A stretch of 64,000 nucleotides of DNA, from NCBI GenBank assembly GCA_965219495.1, contig OZ244777.1, forward strand, positions 302,940-366,939. Reading direction: 5' to 3'. This document shows, piece after piece, positions 28,928 through 38,231 of this stretch. Position numbers and translations under genes: made by a program. The stretch is from Rhodobacterales bacterium (GTDB lineage Bacteria; Pseudomonadota; Alphaproteobacteria; Rhodobacterales; CAZPXZ01). The notes beneath the pieces are model-generated. The model saw nothing but the letters and a program-made list of their open reading frames with translations, did no database searches and had not been told where the DNA came from. Numbering within the stretch: position 1 is the first letter of the stretch; every line of letters starts with the position of its first letter.

Positions 28928-30231
28928 TGACACTGTTCTGCGACGAGCGGCGCCACTGCCCCGCTTGTTCCGGAGAATGATTGGTTCTCCGCTCCTGCCG
29001 CCGCCACGGGAAGCGGGATCACCCCGCCACTCCCCACCCGTGAACGGGCCAAAGCCCGTTGCAGGATATTCCTTGCCGCATTGACATCGCGGTCCAGCAC
29101 CAGCCCGCAGGCCGGACAGGCGTGGACGCGAACAGCCAGTGTTTTCGGCGCCTCGGCGCCGCATCCCGAGCAGGCCTGGCTGGTTCCATGCGGTGCAACT
29201 TCCGCCACCTGAAGGCCGGCGCTCGCAGCCTTGTCCTTCAAGAGCGTGAAAAACATTCCCCATCCCTGCTCGGAGATCGCCCGGTTCAGCCCCGCCTTGG
29301 CCCGCACATTGCGTCCGGGTTCCGCCGCGGTCCCCTTCGCCGAGCGCAATAGGTTGGCGATCCGCAAGTCTTCGATCGCGAAAAAATCGTAGGCCCGGCT
29401 GAGCGCCGACACCGTCCGGTGCAGGGCTTGCCGGTTGGCGTCCGCGATCCGCTGCCACTCCCGCGCCAGCGACCCCACTTTCTTGCGCCGGTTGCCGGAC
29501 CCTGGCGCCGCGCGGGCCACCGCCCGCTGCAGGCGGCGCAGGCGGCCCCGGTCCACTTCCCGTTTCGCGACCTCCCCGCCATCCGACAACGTCAGCCGCT
29601 TGGCCACCCCCGCATCGATGCCGACCGGGCGGACAATCGCCTCTTTCGGGGCGACCGGCGGGAACGCGAAACCCAAGTGAACCTCGGTGCGCAGCGGCTT
29701 CCGCACCACCCGCAGCGTCTTCAGTTCCGCCCCCTCCGGCAACGCCCGCGACGTCCGCAGTTGCATCGGCGGAAGCCCCTTCACATGCAGCCGCCAGTGC
29801 CGGCCATGCCGCCGCACCATGCCCCGCGAGACCTCCGCGAACTCCACCGTCCGCCACCGCCCCGCCGCCTTGAAGCGCGGAAAGCCGGGCTTGCCGCCGC
29901 CTTCCGCGCGCCGGAAGAAATCCCGGAAGCTTCGGTCCAGCCGCTGCAGGACCCCCCGGAACACCTGAACGCTGAGGGCGGCGAACTCGGGAAATTGCGT
30001 GTCGTTGCGGATCGCCGTCAAAGACTTGCACTGGTCGTAATAGGAAATCGAAATCCCCGCCTTCATCCAGGCGCCAATGCGCTCCTCAAGCGCGGCGTTG
30101 TAGAACCCGCAACACAACCGCAACACCTCGCCGAGACGGCGGTGCGAGGCCGGAGTGAGCCGTGCCCGGCATTTGAAGACCTTGAACACCGGACGGGCGT
30201 CGCCGGTGGGAGAGGCGGGATCGTGTTGCAT
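28909..30231 (-). CDS. tnpB: TnpB (IS200/IS605-family OrfB, RuvC-like RNA-guided nuclease family), no tnpA nearby
   Basis: 440 aa. GIDAGV (D), FAIEDL (E), CSGCG...CPACG zinc finger, DRDVNAARNI (D). Confidence 0.9.
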   Translation of the reverse strand: MQHDPASPTGDARPVFKVFKCRARLTPASHRRLGEVLRLCCGFYNAALEERIGAWMKAGISISYYDQCKSLTAIRNDTQFPEFAALSVQVFRGVLQRLDRSFRDFFRRAEGGGKPGFPRFKAAGRWRTVEFAEVSRGMVRRHGRHWRLHVKGLPPMQLRTSRALPEGAELKTLRVVRKPLRTEVHLGFAFPPVAPKEAIVRPVGIDAGVAKRLTLSDGGEVAKREVDRGRLRRLQRAVARAAPGSGNRRKKVGSLAREWQRIADANRQALHRTVSALSRAYDFFAIEDLRIANLLRSAKGTAAEPGRNVRAKAGLNRAISEQGWGMFFTLLKDKAASAGLQVAEVAPHGTSQACSGCGAEAPKTLAVRVHACPACGLVLDRDVNAARNILQRALARSRVGSGGVIPLPVAAAGAENQSFSGTSGAVAPLVAEQCHVKLCI

Positions 30232-30308
30232 AGGAGTTGCATCGGTGTTGCTTCATTGAGCGATTCGTACCACCGTTTCTGCAAATGCGCAAGCGAAAAC
30301 CACTTTCT

Positions 30309-30340
30309 TGTCAAGTTATCCATATAATCCCCCAAATTTG
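30309..30340. repeat. 32-nt inverted repeat, right copy
   Basis: TGTCAAGTTATCCATATAATCCCCCAAATTTG. Lies 78 nt upstream of the tnpB start. Confidence 0.9.
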
Positions 30341-30356
30341 CAGGGCTTTCCCACGC

Positions 30357-32257
30357 CCCAGATCCGCGAGCTACTGCTATGGAACGGGGTCTGAGGAGGT
30401 TCTGGCGGAGATTTTGGCGCGAATTGCGCGGACAAGCCGGGTGATTCGTTTTCCGTCGCCCCGGGCGATCACCGGGGCGTAACGGATCGAGCGTTTGCGC
30501 AGAATTTCGGTGGCACCCCCCGCTTCCGGTCACGGTTCGACGGCGGCTCGGATTTGCCGGCGGTTGCAGCGGGGAGCTCCCGGCGTCAGCCGGGAGCGGA
30601 GCATCTGGAAAGGCGTTCCAGGGCGGCGCGAAGTTCTTCGGTTCCGGCTTGCCGCAACACCAGGATCCATCTCCGCGCGTGCCAGACCAGGCGCGCGGCG
30701 TGGACCAGGATCACCGCCCGCAGCCGTTTCCAGTGGGCCCGGCGCAAGTCGGCTTCGAGGGCGCTATGGCCGAGCCAGACGTGGACGTTCAACGCCAGGA
30801 TGGCGCCGTGCCACCAGGCCGCGTTGCTGCCGAACCGGCCGCAGGGCGGGATGCCGCCGGCGAGGCTGTTCTTGAGCGTATCGTGGACCTGCTCGGCGTC
30901 GCCGCAGCGGCGGTTGGCGAAGGACAGGACTTCTTCTGCCGGCATCGGTTTCGGTCCGAGGCCGTCCGGCCGCTCGCTGCCGGGCGCCGGGATGTTGGTC
31001 AGCAGCGCCCGAATGCCGTAGGCCGGGTGGCCGTCACGGGCGGGGATCTCGTTGGCCTTCACTCCGAGCGATCCGGGCCGGGGCCTTCGCACGGCAATGT
31101 AGCGAAGGATCTCGGGCCCCTTGCGATGGCCGTCGGCATTCGACACGAAGTTGATCTCGGCAATCGAGGCCACTTCGGCCTCCGGTTCTTTCGGCTTCTC
31201 CCCGAGCGGCTTCCATGCGGTCTCCGGGGTTCGCATCACTTGGTTCATCAGCGCCTCGGAATGCACCGCCGAAATCACCAAGCCGACCACCCCCAGGCGC
31301 CGGGCGCTGCCGGCCTCCGGCCGGGTCTCCGGACGGTTGCAGAGCCGGATCACCTCCGCCGCATGTGCGGCGCTGTCGCTGCGCACCGTCACCTCTTCGA
31401 CCGCGCCGGGCAGCCGTTCCAGCGCCTCCAGCAGCACCCGGGCGTTGCCTTCCCTGGCCGGCACGTTGCCGTCGCGCATCTCCGAATGCGCCATCAGCCC
31501 CAGTTCCGCGCAAAACACGTTCAGCGGCTGGTACCCCGTCTCCCCCGGACACACCCCGGTCGAAGCCCGGTAAGTCGGCAGCGCTTCGCGCTTGCCCGAG
31601 GCAACGATCGTCGCATCCAGGTCCAGGGTGATGCGGCGCAGGCCATGCCGGTCCACCAGTTGCGAAAACAGCCGCCGGGAGGTTTCCCAAAACACCGCCA
31701 GCGAGGCCGCCGGGCGCGGCACAATCGCCTCGCCCTTGCGCCGCTCCTGCCCCGCTTCCGCATCCTGGTGGCCGTGCAGCCAATCGAGCAAGGCCCGCGG
31801 AGATGGCAACGTCCGACGACGGCCGCCACGCTGGCGGCGCGCCAGCCATTTCCTCCCCACGCCCAGAATCCGCGGCTCATACCGCCGAACCATCCCGCAA
31901 AGCCCCGGGTCCGCTTCCATTCGCTCCAGGTCTTCCGCGCAATCAAACCCCGGCACGTTCAGCAACACGATCGAAAGCAGCATCTGGCCGTCGGTCCAGC
32001 CCTGACCGCCCGACACACCCCGCGGAAGAGCGCGCAGCGCGCCGCTGCGCCAGAGCGCCTCAAGCCACAGCCCGGCGCCGCCATAGGCTGTCGAGACCGG
32101 TCCAGTCGCGGCAAATTGGTAGTTGACGGGGGAATTCGGATTTGCGACCATAATAGCACCCGGTTGGTGAAGAAATTGGGGTTATCATTCCTTCTATGAC
32201 CCTTTGTAAACAAAGGGTTAACCGGGTATCTCACAGAATTTAGCTCGCGGATCTGGG
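30357..32257 (-). mobile_element. Complete IS1380-family insertion sequence (1901 bp) with 17-bp perfect TIRs and a 5-bp target duplication
   Basis: CCCAGATCCGCGAGCTA at 30357-30373 is the reverse complement of 32241-32257. CACGC is duplicated at 30352-30356 and 32258-32262. The uninterrupted target sequence exists at 23551-23574. Confidence 0.9.
30586..32151 (-). CDS. IS1380-family DDE transposase
   Basis: 521 aa. ITLDLDATIV, VTVRSDSAAH and a C-terminal GGIPPCGRFGSNAAWWHGAILALNV, typical of IS1380. Confidence 0.85.
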   Translation of the reverse strand: MVANPNSPVNYQFAATGPVSTAYGGAGLWLEALWRSGALRALPRGVSGGQGWTDGQMLLSIVLLNVPGFDCAEDLERMEADPGLCGMVRRYEPRILGVGRKWLARRQRGGRRRTLPSPRALLDWLHGHQDAEAGQERRKGEAIVPRPAASLAVFWETSRRLFSQLVDRHGLRRITLDLDATIVASGKREALPTYRASTGVCPGETGYQPLNVFCAELGLMAHSEMRDGNVPAREGNARVLLEALERLPGAVEEVTVRSDSAAHAAEVIRLCNRPETRPEAGSARRLGVVGLVISAVHSEALMNQVMRTPETAWKPLGEKPKEPEAEVASIAEINFVSNADGHRKGPEILRYIAVRRPRPGSLGVKANEIPARDGHPAYGIRALLTNIPAPGSERPDGLGPKPMPAEEVLSFANRRCGDAEQVHDTLKNSLAGGIPPCGRFGSNAAWWHGAILALNVHVWLGHSALEADLRRAHWKRLRAVILVHAARLVWHARRWILVLRQAGTEELRAALERLSRCSAPG

Positions 32258-32355
32258 CACGCTGAAGTCACTTGACAAATTGCGGTTTTTCTATCAACGG
32301 CCTCGATTTTCCTCTGGCTTGCCGATCCGGAATCAATCTATGTGATCACGCACAC

Positions 32356-32638
32356 ATGGACAGCGAACCGGGCATTTTCGGCGCCACTCCGCGGGGCTTT
32401 CGCCTCGCCGACGTGACGGTGCGACTCGCCGAGCCGCACGAGCGCCGCCGCTGGGACGCGCTCGCGGACCGGCACCACTATCTCGGCTTCAAGCGGTTCG
32501 CCGGGCGCGGCCTCCGCTACGTGTTCGAGCGGAAGGGGCGCCGGGTCGGCCCCGCGGGCTGGCAGTCCGGCGCCTTCAAGTGCCGGCCGCGCGACCGCTG
32601 GTTCGGCTGGAGGTGGGCGGAGCAGTTCTCCCGGCTTC
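32356..32638 (+). pseudogene. DUF4338 (DruA-like) domain protein, N-terminal about 94 aa, truncated by another IS fragment
   Basis: Near-identical to the 23470-23036 copy up to ...AEQFSRL. It diverges at 32638/32639. Confidence 0.75.
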
Positions 32639-32838
32639 TTGTAGCGCACAACCCAGTCGCGAACCAATTGCGCCGTTGTCCCCAGCGCGCGGCCAACCTG
32701 GCTGCGCGGCCAGCCATCCAGAACCAGCGCAATCGCCCGCAGGCGACGCGCCTGAGGGGCGCTCTTGCACTCGCTGGCCAAGTCGTGCAATTCTGCCGAG
32801 GTGCAGTCGGCGCGGGTGATGGGAACGGGTTCGGTCAT
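32639..32838 (-). pseudogene. IS630-like transposase N-terminal HTH fragment
   Basis: MTEPVPITRADCTSAELHDLASECKSAPQARRLRAIALVLDGWPRSQVGRALGTTAQLVRDWVVRY. No catalytic domain follows. Confidence 0.5.
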
Positions 32839-32968
32839 GCCAAACCTCCTATGCTGCCTTTTTTCAAGTACTCAACATTGGGGGAATCGCCGCCCGCTGC
32901 ACACTATATGGTGCGACGAGCGGACAAAATAAGAACGAGTCAAGACTTAGTAGAACTGGTATTATGTG

Positions 32969-33292
32969 CTGAGCTGAAGGATATGGGTCTTTCCAGGCGC
33001 CATGATTTTAGCGGCCGAAAGAACCATCGGGCGGAGAATTCTCGCCTTCCGGTTTGGCAGCACGAACGACGAATACAGCGCTTGAAGTCACCGGATCAGC
33101 GCAACGATTTCCTTCCACCCATGCCGTCATCTACAACACGTTCAATGTTCGGCGTCATCTGATTTCGCGAAGAACATAACGCCAGTTCCGTGGCGCCGCC
33201 ATGAGCGAATGGCGGACCGCAACCGTTGCCGCCTGAGCGAACCTGAGCGCGCGAAAATTCATGCGACTGCAGTTTGGCAACGTGACAACGCC
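32969..33292 (+). pseudogene. IS6-family transposase C-terminal fragment (frameshift plus in-frame stop) and putative right end
   Basis: NHRAENSRLPVWQHERRIQRLKSP / SAQRFPSTHAVIYNTFNVRRHLISRRT*RQFRGAAMSEWR matches IS6 C-termini across two frames. Confidence 0.6.
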
Positions 33293-33403
33293 GCGGCGCA
33301 GGCGCTTCGGCGTAAGTGCGCGTTCGCGATGGAAGACCTAGAGGAAGAACTTTCATCGAGAGAAGTCAACCCCTGCTGGGCGGGGTGGGCGAGCAGGCCG
33401 GGA

Positions 33404-34315
33404 CTATAGGTCCGCGGGCCGCACCCGGACACCGGCCAACTCCTCGAAAATCTCCATTATCGCCCAGTATTCCTGGTTGGCCAGGCCGCGCGCATCGCTG
33501 GCAACGAAGGCTTGACTCATCGCGGAGCCAACGAGCAAAGGCACCGAGAGCTCTCGAGCGAGTTCCGTGGCCAGGGTGACGTCCTTGATAAGGGTATGTA
33601 ACCCAGTCCGAGCAATGTTGCCGGCCGGCGGCACCGGGCTGAGCGTCATCGCATCTTCCACCAAGACGTCGAACCCGCGGCTCGCTCCGCTGCTAGCCGA
33701 GATCACTTCCCGGAGGGCTTCCACACTGAGACCTGCTTTGACCCCGAGCACCAGGGCTTCAATCGCCGCGATTTGGTTGGAGGCCAGGGTCAGGTTGTTC
33801 ACCAGCTTCACCGTGGTCCCGGCCCCGATCGGGCCCGCGTGGATTATCGGGCTCCCGAACGCCTCGAGCACCGGCATCGCCCTGGTCAGTGTTCCCGCAT
33901 CCCCGCCGACCATGACTGTGAGCGAACCTTCCTCGCGTTGGGCGATGCTGCCGCTCACCGGCGCGTCCAACACCTCGACGTCCCGCTCGGCCGCCTGCGT
34001 TGCGATTGCGCGTATGACCCTCGGGCTGATGGTGCTGGTGTCGATGTAGATATCGCCGCTCTTGGCGCCGGCAAGCGCCCCATCGGGGCCGAGGGCCACC
34101 TCCTCGCTCGCTTGGTTGGAAGCGAGGGACACAAGCACGATATCCGAGGCCTCGGCGACCTCCCGCGCGCTGCCAGCGGCCCGGGCGCCGTAGTGGAGCA
34201 GTTCTTGGACCGGCGGCTCGCGCAGATCGTTGACGGTGACCTCGAAACCCGCCTCCACAATATTGACGGCAAGGTGCTTGCCCATGCCGCCGAGCCCTAT
34301 GAAACCTACTTTCAT
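33404..34315 (-). CDS. NAD(P)-dependent oxidoreductase, 3-hydroxyisobutyrate/6-phosphogluconate dehydrogenase family
   Basis: MKVGFIGLGGMGKHLA Rossmann motif, DAPVSGS, GAGTTVKLVNN. Strong RBS. Confidence 0.88.
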   Translation of the reverse strand: MKVGFIGLGGMGKHLAVNIVEAGFEVTVNDLREPPVQELLHYGARAAGSAREVAEASDIVLVSLASNQASEEVALGPDGALAGAKSGDIYIDTSTISPRVIRAIATQAAERDVEVLDAPVSGSIAQREEGSLTVMVGGDAGTLTRAMPVLEAFGSPIIHAGPIGAGTTVKLVNNLTLASNQIAAIEALVLGVKAGLSVEALREVISASSGASRGFDVLVEDAMTLSPVPPAGNIARTGLHTLIKDVTLATELARELSVPLLVGSAMSQAFVASDARGLANQEYWAIMEIFEELAGVRVRPADL

Positions 34316-34741
34316 CCCCTCGTACTCCTGAACCTGCCGGGTTCTGTCAAAGCTATGTTCAAGGCTAGTCCCCTTCCTACCAGACGGGAACTGTCAGCTT
34401 TCATCCACAAGCGTCGAACTTCCGGATCCCCTCTCCCCGCAACGATGGCCCACCCCGGGGCCTCGTCGCAACCACCGGCCACCAGACCCTCGTTAAACCC
34501 TTCGCAGAGGCAGACCCGATCCATTCGGCAGAAGCGACGCTTTCCACAGTGGTTTACGAACGAGCGCCCACGTGATCACCTGGCCGGACGTAGTCCACCC
34601 CTGTGCCACCTGCTCAACAGCGCCGGCGCCTTCATGCCCAGAACCAGCGGCGGATCAATGTGGATCGTGTCGCTGACCACAGATAGATCGGAGTGGCATC
34701 CGAGCCCGCACAGTGATCTCGCACCCTCGCGTTCGAGCGCC

Positions 34742-35551
34742 TCACGCTTCGAACCTTATCCGCACCTCGCCGATGTCGCCGTACCGGATCACGGCCTCCA
34801 CGCCCGGCACCGCGGCAACCGGCTCATGCGGGCTGCCGGTGGAGATGACTTGGCCGGCCCGAAAGCCTAGGCCGCGCCGGGATAGCTCGTTTGCCGCCCA
34901 ATGCAGCGCCGCGTACAGCTCGCTCAAGCTACAGCGCTTCGCACCCTCCCAGGGCGGCCCGCTGGCCAGTTCGCCGTCCAGATACAAGCCGACCGGCAGC
35001 GTGGCCAGGTCGAGAGACTGCCATCCCTCGATCACATCCCCGATGACGAAGGCGCCCGCACACGCATCGTCGGCGTTCGCCTGGGGCATGGTTAGATTGA
35101 AGGGATGCACACCCCAGCGGGTATCGACCGCGTCGATGGTCATGAGGACCGCGCTGACCGCATCGCGCACTTCCGCCTCACTGTAAGGGGGGTCACGGGG
35201 CGGCAGATCCCGACCCAGCCGAAACGCGAACTCGCCCTCGACCATTGGGGCATTGCGGAACTCGGCCAGACGGAAGTGGGCCGGACTGTCCCGGGTGAAT
35301 TCGCGGTACAAGCGTCCGAGAAAAGGGGGATGATCCACTCCCAGGGACTGCATGCCGGCGCGGCTGGTGCCGCCAATCTTCCACCCGACGAGCTCGTAGT
35401 CCAACCGTTCATTCAGCGCGTCTTGGATCTGATACGCTTCCTTCAGATCTACCGGCATCAGCTCTGCGGCCATTGGCGGCACGCTTCCACCTTCTCGCCA
35501 CGCCACGGCCAATGCGTCGGCGACCACCTCGATGTTGCTCTGCGAATTCAT
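34742..35551 (-). CDS. 2-keto-4-pentenoate hydratase/2-oxohepta-3-ene-1,7-dioic acid hydratase family (MhpD-like)
   Basis: AYQIQDAL...VGWKIGGTS and VEGEFAFRLGRDL motifs. Start set at ATG 35551. Confidence 0.75.
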   Translation of the reverse strand: MNSQSNIEVVADALAVAWREGGSVPPMAAELMPVDLKEAYQIQDALNERLDYELVGWKIGGTSRAGMQSLGVDHPPFLGRLYREFTRDSPAHFRLAEFRNAPMVEGEFAFRLGRDLPPRDPPYSEAEVRDAVSAVLMTIDAVDTRWGVHPFNLTMPQANADDACAGAFVIGDVIEGWQSLDLATLPVGLYLDGELASGPPWEGAKRCSLSELYAALHWAANELSRRGLGFRAGQVISTGSPHEPVAAVPGVEAVIRYGDIGEVRIRFEA

Positions 35552-35698
35552 CGGTTTCGGTGGTGATTCGGTAGCTGCTTCAGTCGGTCGCTTTCCATCA
35601 GTGGCCCTCCTGTCGGGACAAAGAGTTCCACCATCCCTCATCCTGGAGCAGTATTTCGCGCCGCCGCTGAATCTCAGCAGCCAGCGGTGAAGAGACTT

Positions 35699-35890
35699 TT
35701 ACCCCATCTGCCGCTGCCCGGATAGCGAGGGCAAGAATTTCGACAAACCCGCGGTGGTCTCGACCTGCGCCGCATCCAGATCACAGAGCACCACGGCTCC
35801 GGCGCCTTCCGTCAAGAACGCGCGTGCCATGGCCTGGCCGATGCCGCCCGTACCGCCGGTGATGATCGCAACTTTCCTGTCAAACTCCAT
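35699..35890 (-). pseudogene. SDR N-terminal fragment (63 codons)
   Basis: MEFDRKVAIITGGTGGIGQAMARAF, then a premature end with no catalytic YxxxK region. Confidence 0.6.
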
Positions 35891-35906
35891 CCCGACTTGC
35901 CCCTCC

Positions 35907-37169
35907 TCACCACAGGTCGTACTTCTGCAGCTCAGCGCGCCCCACCACCATGTGATGGACTTCGTCCGGACCGTCCGCGTAACGCAGATGACGGATATCA
36001 ATGTACAGATCCGCGAGCGGCGTCCAGTGAGAAATGCCGATCGCACCATGCATCTGCATCGATGCGTCGACGATCTCGATGGTTTTTTCCGGCACCATCG
36101 CCTTGACGGCACTGACGTAAACGCGCGCCTCTTTGTTGCCCAGCACATCCATCGCCTTGGCCGCCTGCAGTACGGAGAGCCGCATTGCATTAATTTCGAT
36201 TCGAGCGCGCGAAATCACTTCGAGGTTCTTGCCGAGCTTGGCAATCGGTTTGCCGAACGCGACTCGGGTTGCCGCTCGCTTGACCATCAGTTCGAGCGCC
36301 AGCTCCGCTTTGCCAACCGCGCGCATGCAGTGGTGGATCCGGCCCGGGCCGAGGCGCAACTGCGATATTTCAAAGCCGCGGCCTTCGCCCAACAGAATGT
36401 TTTCTTTCGGCACTCGGACATTGTTCAAACGCAGGTGCATATGCCCGCGCGGGGCGTGATCGACGCCGAATAGCTGCATGCCCTCGACGATCTCGACACC
36501 GGGTGTGTCGTTGGGCAACAGGATCTGCGACTGCTGTCTGTGTGGCGCCGCATCGGGGCTCGTCTTCACCATGACGATCAGAACTTTGCAGCGTGGATCG
36601 CCTGCCCCGCTTATCCAGTACTTCTCGCCATTGATCACCCACTCGTCACCATTAAGTACGGCGCTGGTGCTGATGTTTCGTGCATCGGACGACGGCAGGT
36701 CGGGTTCGGTCATGGCATAGGCGGAGCGAATTTCACCATTCATCAGTGGCTCCAACCACTGTTTCTTCTGTTCCGGTGTCCCGACTCGCTCGAGCACCTC
36801 CATATTGCCGGTATCGGGCGCCATGCAGTTCAGCGTCTCCGAGGTATTCAGATGCGAGCCGACATCAGACTTGCCGAGCTCCCCCGCAATATAAGCGTAG
36901 TCGAGATTCGTGAGGCTGTTGCCGTAGTCTGAGTTGGGCAAGAAGAAATTCCACAGGCCTGCTTCCCGGGCCTTGTGCTTGGCGACATCGAGCAGCTCGA
37001 GCTGGCGCGGATGCCATTCCCAGTGACCAGGCCGCTGCGCGTGCAGCGTATCGAATTCCTCCCGGATCGGCTCGACGTTCTCCACAATATGGTGTTTTAC
37101 CGCGTCCATTAACGGCTGCGCTTCGGAGGACATCGCCAGGTTGAAGAGTTCGTGGTTCAGCTCAGACAT
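35907..37169 (-). CDS. Acyl-CoA dehydrogenase, ACAD10/ACAD11/FadE2-like subtype
   Basis: GLWNFFLP, NCMAPDTGNMEVLERVGTPEQKKQWLEPLMNGEIRSAYAMTEP, DPRCKVLIVMVKT and a C-terminal ADGPDEVH. Strong RBS. Confidence 0.88.
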   Translation of the reverse strand: MSELNHELFNLAMSSEAQPLMDAVKHHIVENVEPIREEFDTLHAQRPGHWEWHPRQLELLDVAKHKAREAGLWNFFLPNSDYGNSLTNLDYAYIAGELGKSDVGSHLNTSETLNCMAPDTGNMEVLERVGTPEQKKQWLEPLMNGEIRSAYAMTEPDLPSSDARNISTSAVLNGDEWVINGEKYWISGAGDPRCKVLIVMVKTSPDAAPHRQQSQILLPNDTPGVEIVEGMQLFGVDHAPRGHMHLRLNNVRVPKENILLGEGRGFEISQLRLGPGRIHHCMRAVGKAELALELMVKRAATRVAFGKPIAKLGKNLEVISRARIEINAMRLSVLQAAKAMDVLGNKEARVYVSAVKAMVPEKTIEIVDASMQMHGAIGISHWTPLADLYIDIRHLRYADGPDEVHHMVVGRAELQKYDLW

Positions 37170-37358
37170 TTCCTTCTCCCGGTGGTTTCTTCCCAGAATC
37201 GCCGCGCGCCGGTGTCTACCGTCGGTCAGTTCGCCGACACCATATCGAGGTGTCCGAACAGATCGCGCAATCGCGTTGCGCCGGAGCCGGCGCCAACAGC
37301 GAGCCTATGTTGTCGCTAAGCGGCCGGTTTCAGGTCAGGACCAATATCATGCACGGAC

Positions 37359-38231
37359 TCAGCCGTATTCAAAATACGCGTTGGACACAACCACTTTGTC
37401 ATCCACCCGTCCCTCAAATAGGACGCGATCAGGACCGTCGCGCCAGGCCAGTACGTCAAGCTTGTCGTTCATGAACACGGGTGATGAAAACCGCACCTTG
37501 ATTCTTCTGAAACGACTGGCATCGCCATCAGCGAGGGCGGCAAGCAACAATTGTCCGCAGTGGCCAAAAGTGCACAGACCGTGCAGTATGGGTTCATCGA
37601 AGCCGCCGAATTTTGCGGCCTCAGGGTCAATGTGTAACGGGTTGTAGTCACCCGACAGGCGATAGATATGTGCCTGGTTGTCTGCAATGACGGCACTGGT
37701 GGTTACATCAGCTTGCCTGTCTGGAACTGGGATTTTTTCAGAGTAGGTTAGTCCCGCGCCCTCGAAGGGCTCGATGTCACCCAGCGCTTCAACACCACGA
37801 CGGAACGAACCGTTGACCATCTTGATACACACCTCACCATCTTCGTTGGTGACTGTGCTTTCCGATTCTACAAAGCCGTTGCCCTTACCACGGGGGTGCG
37901 CGCCAATCAGCCGAGACTGCACAGAAACCTCACCGTCAGTCGGTAAGGGCTTGATCATTTCAAGGTAACGTTCTGCATCAATATCAAGGGGTCCGGGGGA
38001 TGAGGGAATCAGGTTCAGATCGACAGGAGCACCGAGGCTGCCCCAGCGAATGGGAAATGTCGGGAAGACGCTGAAACTCGGGTGACCTTCAAAAACAAAC
38101 CTGAGGTCCCGAATGCCAATTCCCACGGCGTAAAGTAACACGTCTCTTTTATCGTATTTGATCGTGAGCGGATCACCCCAGGGTCCGGGTTTTCCACCCG
38201 GTAAGGCTGTCACTGCGTCATAGGTTGCCAT
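37359..38231 (-). CDS. MaoC-like (R)-specific enoyl-CoA hydratase, double hotdog fold
   Basis: 290 aa. YRLSGDYNPLHIDPEAAKFGGFDEPILHGL hydratase-2 motif in the C-terminal half. Confidence 0.85.
   Translation of the reverse strand: MATYDAVTALPGGKPGPWGDPLTIKYDKRDVLLYAVGIGIRDLRFVFEGHPSFSVFPTFPIRWGSLGAPVDLNLIPSSPGPLDIDAERYLEMIKPLPTDGEVSVQSRLIGAHPRGKGNGFVESESTVTNEDGEVCIKMVNGSFRRGVEALGDIEPFEGAGLTYSEKIPVPDRQADVTTSAVIADNQAHIYRLSGDYNPLHIDPEAAKFGGFDEPILHGLCTFGHCGQLLLAALADGDASRFRRIKVRFSSPVFMNDKLDVLAWRDGPDRVLFEGRVDDKVVVSNAYFEYG

Noticed and set aside
21742-32276. The heptamer ACTTGAC/GTCAAGT as a shared transposase-binding site. It recurs at the tnpB ends, in the DUF4338 leader, in the IS21 subterminal repeats and elsewhere.
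   Set aside because: A 7-mer is expected several times by chance in 64 kb on two strands. I only rely on the longer repeats that contain it.
16300-33292. The IS6 N-terminal fragment (16.3-16.5 kb, minus strand) and the IS6 C-terminal fragment (33.0-33.3 kb, plus strand) as two halves of one IS6 split by a 16.7-kb inversion.
   Set aside because: The orientations fit an inversion. However, the fragments cover only about the first 45 and last 75 codons, so roughly 120 central codons are missing. They are more simply two independent remnants.
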